Part shown: positions 1 to 12,100 of the stretch, one piece after another
Layout: each line of letters starts with the position of its first letter
Position numbering within the stretch: position 1 is the first letter of the stretch
From: Eledone cirrhosa
Taxonomy: Eukaryota
Reading direction: 5' to 3'
Assembly: GCA_964016885.1 (NCBI GenBank)
Contig: OZ024742.1
Location: forward strand, 210,304,001 to 210,368,000
DNA length: 64,000 nt
Position numbers and translations under genes: made by a program
The notes under the pieces: generated by a model
The model's database searches: none
Told to the model about the DNA's origin: nothing
The model's input: only the letters and a program-made list of their open reading frames with translations

Positions 1-36
1 GCCTCTTCACTCAATTTAGATATTAATGGCACCAAC

Positions 37-159
37 CTTTTCTTTCCATTTCACTACATCATTTTCTTGTTGAATTACTGTTGATTTATGCTGGACCATA
101 ACAGAAAATACCTTCTCTCTCCATCTAAGAACCAAAGAAAGTATCTGGTTAGATTTTCT
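37..159 (-). CDS. CCHCR1: CCHCR1 exon (RKSNQILSLVLRWREKVFSVMVQHKSTVIQQENDVVKWKEK)
   Basis: Donor GTTGGT (plus strand 31-36); acceptor ctag at 160-163, or an alternative in-frame cag at 145-147; contains the RWREKVF signature. Confidence 0.85.
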
Positions 160-3100
160 CTAGAGCATAACATGGTCACCTGATCTAACTTGTCTCACAA
201 CAGGACAACTCATCTAACCTATGCTAGCATGGAAAACTATAGTATTTATTGTTTTTTACAGTTCAAAATGATGAATTGGCAGTCATTAGAGCTTGGGATA
301 AAATACTTTGTGGTTCCAGCTCTCTGTGCTCAGAGTTCAATTCCCAGGGAGGTTGATTTTCAATCTTATGGGATTGACAAAATACAGTACCAGTCCAGGG
401 CTACAGATTGGTGGAATTGCGTTATTTGATTGGGCTCTTTGCATTCTAAATTTAAATCTTGCTGTGGCCTATGAGGGCGCTAGACTTAATTCACTGCCCA
501 GTTTAACCTTTGGGTACCTTTAGCAGTGTGCACTCCATTGCATTTAAGACAAGTCTCTCATCCCTCTTACTCAGTTGTCTCAGAAGCCCTGAAGAAGGTT
601 GTAGGCATTAACTTTCCTTCCTTGAGTAAACAGTAAAGAAAAAGTGCATCATGCTGGAGCCTATGTGTAGTCACTCAACATGCTAGAAACAACAACTAAA
701 TTTCCCTCAAAGCAGTACTTAGTCTTGTCCCTCTACATTTTGAGTTTACATTACATCAGCATTATCCTTGCCTTTCATTGACTTAGATTCAATAGAATAA
801 GTATCAATAATATACTGGTTAAATTCCATCAGCTAAACCTCTCTCTTGCTTTAAGGGATTTACATCAGTCCACCATTAGTTTTTCAGAGAGAGTTAAACT
901 TATTTTAGATTTAACAAAGGAAGAAATTTAACAGTTGGAAGAAAATGACAAAAGGAAGAGTGAAGATAATTTCTAGATAGACCCAACATAGTACAAAAAA
1001 ATTCATACGCATGTCAGTGTTTTTTTTTAAATGATCGACAAGTTCCCAGACCTCATTCGCTTACCACATGGGGTGCAACTCAACAAATTCGACCTAGGAA
1101 ACGTTTCCATTGGTTTTTCCATGCTAACATGGAAAGTGGACATTAAACGATGATGATGATCTACCGATTGCAACTCCTGGTAGAAATAACAACATGAAAT
1201 AAAGTGTCTTGCTCAAGGACATAATGCATCGCCCAGTCTGGGAATCAAACTCACTTCACAATTGCGAATCCAACTCTCTAATCCCTAAGCCATGTATAAT
1301 TATAATATATATATATATGAAATGTGTGCAGTGGAATACAAATGGCCATAATAGTCAATCACTATAAACAAAGGTTGAAAGAATTGTATAAAGTACTCCT
1401 AGAGATGGAAAACAGTGAACAGAGGTACCTGTAAGGGATTGAAACCATCATCTCTCAGATGCCAAGCAAGTGCATTAACCACTATGCTAAAGAACTGCTG
1501 GCCACCAATTGTCTTTTTTTAGAAGATTTTAAGCCTGTAGCTTGAAGTGTAAACAAAGCAGTTGATTTAGGAAGCATTGGGAAAATGTGTACATCCCAAT
1601 GCAAATGATAATAATAGTTGATCTATATAAATAATAATTAAGAAAATTGGGTAAAGTACCCCTGCAGATGGAAAAAAATGGTCAGAGGAACTGGAGAGGA
1701 TTCAAACAATGCATCCAGTGAATTGTGATAACTTTCATTATTTTCAAATACTTACTTTTTAACTAATGAAATTTCATCCTTTTCATTTTCACAATACTTT
1801 GTTTTATACTGGAACATAAACAAAATGATGTTAACAATTAATGTAAACTTGTACAACATTAAACTATAAAATGCCATAATATCGAATCTACAAGATTTTG
1901 ATGTTTATTTTGAGAACAATACTTTAATGTAGGTATGGGTATGAGTTACGGCCAGTTTGAACAGAAAGAGGTGAGAGAGCTCTGGCCGGATAAAGCCGGT
2001 TTAAATGCTAAAGGGTTAAATGTAATCTTCTTAACAACAAAGTCCCTACTAGATGCAGATTACCAATTCACTTTACTCACATTAGTAATGAATTGGGTAA
2101 AGCATAAGCAAACCATCTCCCATTTTCCTTTCCATTAACATCTTAGACTTCATGCCTACTGAAGAAAAGGGACACTATAATCCTTCATTATGACATACTC
2201 TATATGCCACTACAAGATAGATATTTAACTCACACAACCACAGAAATGGAAAACTGAAGGCAATATCAGATAACTTAAATAGAACATATTTATATATATA
2301 TTTCAGGTAAATACACATAAAATATAGAAATAAAAAAGACTACTTTTTAGAAAAGTTGAATTGTAAAAGTAAACTAACCTGTGATAATTCCGCTTCCTGT
2401 AAAGTTAAGATTTCATTAATTGATGATAACTGAACCTTCAAAAGATCATTACTTGATTGCAAATGTTCTTTCTCTTTTGTGACGACCTATGGAATATAAA
2501 CAAACTAAGACTATATAAATAACTATTAAATGCTAAAGAATTATATTCATACTAAATGAAGCTTGCATGCTCTGATGGATGTGTAATAGTAATATATGTG
2601 AACATCATCATCATCATCATCATCATCATCGTTTAACGTCCATATTCCACGCTTGCATGGGTTTGGACGGGAGTTTTCCCACTCGAGGCAAGAGTGGTTG
2701 TCTTGCTCGCATAGGACTGTCTGGCGGGTTTTCTACAGCTGGATGCCCTTCCTAACACCTGTGGAACTGGGAGGTTTTTACCGTGTTACCTACACGGCCA
2801 CATTACAGCGTGGACTGTGCATTTTTTTGTCGTGACACATACACGACCTCATTTGTTTCGAGCTGGATGTTGTGGTACCAACATAACTTTACATTGAAAG
2901 GGGTGGTGTGGATGGGGTGGGGGTAGTGGGACGGGGGGTGTATTTTGTTAGCGGTGCCTACTGACTGTAGTAGGTTTCACTTTGTACTTAGGTAAGGCGG
3001 GTCTTCTCTATTACTGTGTAGCGCCAAAGCTCTCGGTCCAGTGACATTGTCTTGGAGAGGTGTAAGTGTGTGAGGTCGGAATTTATCAAGTCGTCCCAGG

Positions 3101-6100
3101 TTTTTCTGGGTCTGCCTACTCCGTGGCTACCGTCTATCTTTATTGCCCTGCACTTTTTTATACAAAGCATAAACAAACTAAAAGAGAAACTAGGCATAAG
3201 AGGAATCAAATTTTTTTTTCCCTAGAGGAGAATGCATTGCTATGGACATGTGATGTGTATGAAGGATGACAGCTGTATAAAAAGGTGCAAAGTACTAAAA
3301 GTCGATGGAAGCCTAGGAGTAGGGAGACCCAGGAAGACTTGGGATGAGATGATAAAAGCTGACATTGCCCAATTGCACCTCCCAAAGGTGATGACACACG
3401 ACCGAGATCACTGGCGTTATGCAGTAATACAGAAGACCCGACTTCCCACAGGCACAGGCCGAAGCTGAAGCATATATATAGTATGCACCACCCCACCCAC
3501 CCCCATACATCTCCCATGAGAACAGGCTGGAGTATACATCCAGTAAAGCTCCCATCCCACACTGTAAAGTGGCCGTCATGGTGACAAGACAAAAATTGCT
3601 CAATCCACAGAGTAAAGTAGGTGTCATAACAAAAAGCACCCAGTCCACACTGTAAAGTGGTTGTGCAGGTATCATAACAAAAAGTACCCAGTACAGGCTG
3701 TAATTGAAGTTGACATTAGGAAGGGCATCCAGCTGTAGAAACTAAGCCAAAATCAGTTATGTATGAGCAAGACATGGTCACATGACCTAGCATTGCCCAA
3801 AACAGGGCAACTCGTCTAACCCATGCTAGCGTGGAAAAATGGACGTAAAAACGGTGATGATGATGATGATGATAACAGTATGACAAATGATGTTAGGAAT
3901 ATACTTTTGCCACTGTAGGTAATATTTTATGTTACATATGTTTAATTATTATCATATATTTTGCATAACTATAATAATTATAATTTAACTTTTTTCACAT
4001 TACATGTTGCTTAAACAAAATAATAAAATGAATATTAATTTTGAAAATAAAAGTCTTTTATTCAATTAAAATATAAAATACATTTCTCATTTGTATATTT
4101 TCAATAAATATATGTTATCAATAAAAATAGCAGTGGATTGTAATACTTTTGTAATACTCTGATATTGAAGAGGAACACTGAAATTATATTTCCACTATCA
4201 TCATCACCGTTTAACATCCATTTTCTATGCTAGCATGAGTTAGATGAGTTTTCCCATAGTGTAACAAACTGACCAACTAACTGACAGGTTGGACTGGGTA
4301 CATTTTCAGTGTCACCAGCACAACCACCTTATGTTAAATACTCAAATCATTTAAATCAACGGTCACCAACCGGTGGTCCGAGAGAAAATGTTGGTGGTCC
4401 GCAGAAAAATTTGGACATTATTTGCAATTTATGTTTTATTAATAATAAAACAAAAATAATATTTGGTTAAAATATATTTTATAACACCCCTAAAAAAATG
4501 TTTTTCCTCAGTAAAGAACTAAAAGAATTTTACACATATGTATCATCTATCGACAATATGACACACGTATGCTTCAGTATTGTTTAATAAAATGGAAGAT
4601 CTCTGATCATTATTTTACAAATGTATTTATCTTTTTAAAAAAATTCATATTAGTGGTCTGCAGGATTTAAAATGATGAATTTAGTGCTCCGTGAGGTCCA
4701 AAAAGTTGGCGACCGCTGATTTAAATGAACTCAAACTCATTATTTCAATATAAGTTTCAAACATTACATAATTTCACCAACCTACAATTATTTATTGTTT
4801 TATTCTCATTTCTTAACTCTAAGTTAGGAAGTTAATTATGGCCCAACCTATAACTAAAATAAAAAGATTCAATTAATAGATTTTACTTTTAATTTGCTTT
4901 GCAACACTTCTTTCTCTGTTTCCAAGACTTCTTTACATTTTGGCACATTTTCAGATTCACCAATATATGTCTTTAACTGCTGTAACTGCTGGTTTAAATT
5001 TTTTATTTCTCTGCTTTTAGAACTGAAGAGAAAAAAGAAAAACAATGAAATCTTCAAAAATTGACACAATATAAAGTTATTGGTGTCTAACATAGACCAA
5101 ACATTTTAGGGGAAGAGTATAGCTGATTATCTTAACAATAAGCTGCCAACTAGAGTAAAAGAAAAAACAAAGTCAACTGAGGTGGATTTGCACTCACAAC
5201 ATATAGAGATAACATTTTGTCCCCCATTTGACTGATTCTGACAACCCACCACACTCACAAACAAAATGTTAAGATTCAGCATAGAAGCTTCTATATGATT
5301 GTTCAACATGCTGAGAATAGCAGCCAAATCACCTTCAAATTATACCTCAACTAAAAAAAGGAAAGGTACATTGGATAATGTAATCCTAGATACACAATAA
5401 AAAAAAGATTGGATGGTCATAACCGAAAAGCCTTTAATCATAGATCTGCACAGACACAGCTGACCTATGGCTAGGCAACCACAAGTTAAAAATGAGTCAA
5501 CAAGGGAACCTCTATTCAGTTGTTCAACCTATTAGAAATAGCAGCCTAATGTCCATCAATAAAAGATATATTGAAGGATATAATCACTGATAAAGTGAAG
5601 GTTGGGATGGTCATAGTTGGTTGAAATGACTTTCATCAGAGGTCTACAACAAAACAACAAAAACATTTTCTTTTAATGATAAATATCTTGCAATAGCTGA
5701 TGACTGGATTCTCATTTCTGAATCTATCAAAATAGCTGCAGAAAATATAATAATAAACTACAAGCCAATGAGGGAGTCTAATTGTGGTCAATCGGTCTAC
5801 TAGAAATAACAGCCAAATCTCTCTCTCTCTCTCAAATCACACCAACCATATTAAAAAAAATAGCAGAATACATAGGACAATATAGTTTCTGATATACAAT
5901 AAAAACAGGATGGAAACAACTGGATGCCCACCAATAAGCGATGACATGGGGATAAACAACAATATAAACTTGAATGAATATTTTAATATCCAAAGGTCTA
6001 AAAGGTCCACATAGTAAAAACAAAAGTACTAATTTTTAACAGAGAAGGTAAATTCCAGATGCTATATGAGAATTCACTTTGTTCAATATGTAGATAAGGA

Positions 6101-9100
6101 GAACACAGGAACTTGATAGTGTATATTAAGTACAAGTAATGGATATACAAAAGGTGTAATGGGATCTCTAGCTTTTTGACAGAGAACAAAGACTTCAGGT
6201 CAGGGTCTCCAAGAGAAATTTTGCAAGGCGGTACAAAACCCGTTTGGGGCCCGAAGCAGACAAAGAGTTTTCTCAAAATGGATGTTGCATGGTTGCTATG
6301 GGGCCTTCTTAACTCTTGGGCCCCGGTACAAAGTACTGGCTGGACCCCCCCAACTCTCGTATAGTCCCTGCTTCGATATGTTAGATATACAGAATTAAAA
6401 TGGTAATAGCAGCACTATGAAGTGAAGTCAATGAACTGCTCAGATTGCTCATATAATGAGGTTGAAAGGTTTTGTTATCTAGCTGATTTAATTATAATTG
6501 AAAGTAGAATAGCTAGAGCATGAAAATAATGGTTTCTGATTTAGGCACAAGACCAACAATTTTAGGGGAGGGGGAAGTCAGTTAAATTGACCCTAATGCA
6601 TTATTGCTGCTTTATTTTATCTACCCTATAAGGATGAAAGGCAAAGCTAACCTCAGCGGGATTTGAACTCAGAAATTCTATGTAAATGAAGTACTAAAAT
6701 ATTTTCACTTTAGAGTTTTTACAGTTTCACTTTGGGGTGAATATTATTATTACACTGGTTTCACTTTGGAGGTGAATATTACACTGGTTTCACTTTGGGG
6801 GTGATTATTACACTGGTTTCACTTTGGAGGTGAATATTACATTGGTTTCACTTTGGAGGTGAATATTACACCGGTTTCACTTTGGAGGTGAATGTTACAC
6901 TGGTTTCACTTTGGAGGTGAAATTTGGTTTCATTTTTTTTTTTCAAAACAGTCAGGAATTGGTAAAAGAAATCATTATGTAATGAAGTTGTGAAACAAAA
7001 ATTATACTTTAAACCAGTGTTTCCCAACGTCAGCGCTAGCGCCCCCTTGTGAGCGCTGTTGTGTTGAAAGGGAACGCTGGGAGTTTTTATTTCATTGGGG
7101 GGGGGGGGGGGAATATACTCAGGTGGGCATTTATCCATTTTTCTTCTTTCAAATCTTTTTCTTTCAAATTTTCAAAAATTTGAAAAACACTTTTTTCCAC
7201 TTTGGCGACACCCAGCGAATACCTGGCACCATGTTTAACTGGTGTCGCTAAAGTGAAACCCTCAAAACAAAAACAAAAAACAGATGAATGGTGACAGGCG
7301 ACTAAAAGAGAAAAAACAAAACAATGAATAAAAGCGAAAAGCTGAATGTGTGTATTTGTGTGCAAATATATATAAAGAATGGTGGTCAGAATTTTGGATG
7401 AAACTGGCTTTTGGGAATGGCTGATATGTATGTGTTTGTATGTATGGGTATGTTTGTATGTATATGATTGCGTGTATGTGAGTGTGTTGCCGTTTTGAAT
7501 TCCTTTCTGTGATTGAACTTAAATTGACCCCTGGCAATTAAAGACCCAACCACACACGTGCATGCACACAGACACACATTTATTTTAGGTTTTACACCCA
7601 TTTGATGTAAGATGAATTCAGTATCTTATTTGAAATTTAATTTGACAGGGGGGCACTGACAAAAAAGTTTGCTGGGCGCTGGCTGAAAAAAGGTTGGGAA
7701 ACCCTGCTCTAAACAATAGTTAAAACATTTTCAATATCAAAATATTAAAACTTCATAAATATATTCTCTACTCATGATAATTTTAAAACCACACCATCTA
7801 AACATGTGTTGATTAACTGCCTTGGCTTATAAATGAGATTTGTATTTTTGCCCATTTCTCAGGCGTAAAATGGGGGTGGGTCGGCATATATTCAAGTATA
7901 TACAGTAGGTAAATTCTGAGACAAAACTCTTACTTAATATATTCTTGAATATATATATTGAATCAAACACCCAAAAAATACTGAATTTAATCACCAAATT
8001 TCTTCTTGCTTCTGTGAAATTTCTATTACAAAAGAATCTTCTGTCTTCTTTGACATTTCATTCAGTTGGTTAATTTCAATTTTTGCTGTCTCTAACTGTT
8101 GTTGAATGGTATGAATCATAAGATCTTGATTTTTTATATGTACATCAGAATCACAATTAAGAATTTTAATCTGAAACAAAAAAGTTGAAAAGAGGAAATA
8201 AATCTGAATAAAAAATTATACAAAAAGGAGCATTTTTACTAATTAAACTATTACCACCCACCACCACTTTATTTATATATATATATATATGGAACATTTG
8301 GAGATGGTTGCTTCTGATAGGACCCACTGGAAAGCATGCTTGAGAAATCTGCTCCAATGACTCTCCCAGGAATAAAAGGGTGAAGAAGAAAAAGAAGAAT
8401 TTTTTTTTAGCTCTCTGCTCTGAATTTAAATCCTGCCATGATGATTTATGTTTATGTATAAAGCAGTCTGTTATTTGAAGGCGATGACAATGCAAAATAG
8501 AAAGTAGATTTTGGAATAAATTGAAGGCAACAAAGACGTTGGTGTGTCACCTATTATTTTATTTACCTGCCCTAATATTTTGGGTCTAAAACCTTTTGTC
8601 AGAAGACTATAATGAGAAACTGGCTCAGAGTGGTGAGCCTCTAAACAACAAAAGCAAGAACTCCAAACCAGTTTCTCTGGATGCCCTTTTTGATGCTAAC
8701 CCTTTTAGCTACCTATTATGATATGCAAGGATACAGTTTATGTAATCTAAAATCCAGGTTTCACAGAAATTGTATTAAATGATTTCTTGCAATGACACAT
8801 GATTGCAAATTTATAGGGAAGGAACCTAGTCATCTGAATCCACTGCCTATATACTGTATGTATGGATCCATAACTCCATGTGTACTCATAGTGACATACA
8901 GCATTTCTTAGGCATTGCCAATCTACTACTGATACTTATTTTATCAATTCCAGGAAATAAAAGGCAATGTCAACCATGGTTAGATTTGAATTCAGAATGT
9001 AAACAATATCACAAGGAATTTTGTTTAGTTCTCTACCAGTCTGTTACTCACTGCTCCAATATGCCTATAAAACATTGATAAAAAATAACTGGTAACAACT

Positions 9101-12100
9101 ATCCAGATAGCTGAACTCCTTGTAGATTAAAAGGAGTGTTTCCTCAATAGGAACACTATTGAGAGCTTTAACCTTATCATTCTAAGATGCTAAATTATTA
9201 TACTTTAAACATTCTTGATTCAATCATTTAGTATTTTTAACAAAAATTGGCAGAGTGATTTACAGTATCAAATTAAATGCATCAGTTACTAGCTCAGAGA
9301 TCAGAGAATCAGTCCAAGTAGAAACACTACTTTCCGAATTGAGATATCACAGCTCCAATATTATGGACATGTGGTTAAAATATCTCAGGAAAGAACTGCT
9401 GGACAGATTTTACAGGTAAAACCAACCAGCAGGAGATCCAGGGGTAAACCATGAGCATGATGGCTGGATAATATCCATGAGTTCAGCTGGTCTCACTTGG
9501 AGATCTAGCTGGATCATTTGGAGATGGTTGCTTCTGATAAAACCCACTGGAAGGCGTGCTTGACAACTCTGCCCGAACAACCCTCCCAAGAATAAAAGGG
9601 TGAAGAAGGAAAAGAAGTATTTTTTTTAGGTCTCTGCTCTGAATTTAAATCCTGCCATGGTTTTACCTTCAATCCTTTTGAAGTCAATAAATGCAGTACC
9701 AGTCCAAGGTCAGTGGATTGGTGGAATTGTTAAAACACTAAACAGTATTCCATGAAGTATCTATTTAGGCTGTATGTTCTGAGTTCAAATTTAGCTTCTT
9801 GTCACCAGAAAAGTGCTGACACTTCTACCAGGTGTCACTGCCTCTTATTACTGGAAAAGTGCTGACACATCTACTAGGTGCTACAACTAATAGATAGTAT
9901 TCCCAATATAAAGACCAATTGAAACAAATTCTATGGTCCAAATCTGAGTATTGGCTTTTTTCCTTTGTTTCCTTAATATATTTTTTAAAATTTTAAAACA
10001 ACTAAACAAAAAAGTTTCACCTGGTTTTCAAAAATATTCTTTTTCTCTATAAGTTCTGATTTTAACTTTAGAATTAACGTATTTTTCTCTCGATAATTCT
10101 GGTGATATTCATTTTCTATATCTTTAATTTGATTATAATGCTTTTGTTTATGTGATTCCATCTGTATATTCTGTTGTTCCATTATTTCCATAATTTCTGA
10201 ATGTTTTTGTTCATCAGCTAACTTCATCTCTATTCTGTGGTTCGCTGTAAGCTGACATATGTGCTTTTTAAGTTCAGACACCTCATTAGCTTGACGTGTG
10301 AGAAGGTTTTCTAGATAGGATTGTTGAAAGAAATTATTGCTATCAGGAGTGAACTCAGGAGAGGCAACACTAGTAGGAGAAACATACTGTAAATAAAGAA
10401 ATTAAAATACATATTATTAAAAATTATCTATCTGAGGGGGGGTAAATTGGCAGTATCGGTAGAGCATTGAACAACATGTTTTGCGACATATAGTTACAGC
10501 CCTTTACATTCTGACATAAAATCCCTCTGAGGTTAGCTTTGCCTTTCCTCCTTAATAGGTCGATAAAATAAAGTACCAGTAACGCACTGGGATCAATTTA
10601 ATTGATTTTTCTCTCCCAAAAAGGTGTTGGCCTTGTACTTAAATAAGAAACTACATATATTATCTATCCATAATATTGCTCATATATACAACTTTAAGCA
10701 GTTATTCAAGCTAAAGATTGTGAATGAGCTTCAAATTTTCTGCCCACTCTCGTTTTCCCTTCAACCCACCTTTCTCTTTCTCTTTCTTACACACACCAAT
10801 AGCCACAATAACACATATGTGGGCATAATGTTTATAGCATTAGAAGTTACATCCTGTCTTAAAACCCTTCATTCTACTGATTTTAAACCTGGTTACTTGT
10901 ATAATAATTTACTTCCATATACTGTTAGCTTACTAAAATGAAAAAAGAATTTTAACTACCCCTATCTTTAATTTTTCTTCAGTTGTAGAAAGATACAAAA
11001 GACTAAAATGTTATAAATTCTGTCTAAATTCTTGGTTAGGTTATGATATACTGAGATATTATATATGGAGAATCAAAGAATATATAACAACTTCATGTGA
11101 TAACATAACACCTTCAGGCAGTATGAACCACTCAATAATGAAAGAAAGTGTAAAATCTGCAAGCTGGTGTGAAAAGATGTTGGATGACAACTGAAGGGCC
11201 ACTGGCTCATATCTTATCACTAATGTTGTGTTACATCCTTGATATATATATATACTCAGTTTTCAAATTGATCAAGTCTACTTAAAATAAACTAATATAG
11301 TGAGAGCAGGTATAGCTCACGGCTGTACACAGAAGGAGCCAGTATAGCCCACTGCTGTATACAAAAAGATCAGATATAGGTACTCACAGTACACAGGGTG
11401 ATCAAATTTAGCCCGCCATTGTAGACAAAAGGATCTGATATAACCACCCACCACTATACACAGAAGGATCAAATATAGCCCACCACTGTACACAGAAGAA
11501 TCAAATATAACCACCCACTGTACGCAGAAGGATCAAATATAGCCATCCACTGTACACAAAAGAATCAAGTATAACCATCCACCATACACAGAAGAATCAA
11601 ATATAGCCACCCACCATATACAGAAGGGATCGAATATACCCACCCACCGTATGCAGGATCAAATATAGCCATCCACTGTACACAAAAGAATCAAATATAG
11701 CCTCCCACTGTACATAGAAGAATCAAATATAGCCACCCACTGTACATGGAAGAATCAGATATAGCCTATCAGTATATACTGAAGAATCAAATATAGCTCC
11801 CTCTGTACACAGAAGGATCAGATATAGCTAACTTCTGTACACATAAGAATCAGATATAGCTCACTGCTGTGCATAGAAGAATCAGATATAGCCACCCACT
11901 GTACACAAAAAGGTCAGATATAGCCTATTGCTGTACACAGAAGGATCAGATATATAACAGACAAGAATTTCAATGGCTTTTAAAATAAAATTCAAATTCT
12001 ATGATTGGTATCCATGTAAGACACAAACAAAAATAACACAATTATAGTTAATATAGCTTGGAGAGTGATAGATTCCACCAGGCCCAAAACGATGTCTTTC

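Noticed and set aside
6721-6931. CRISPR-like array of palindromic 29-bp repeats
   Set aside because: The units are contiguous with no unique spacers, there are no cas genes, and the context is a eukaryotic intron.
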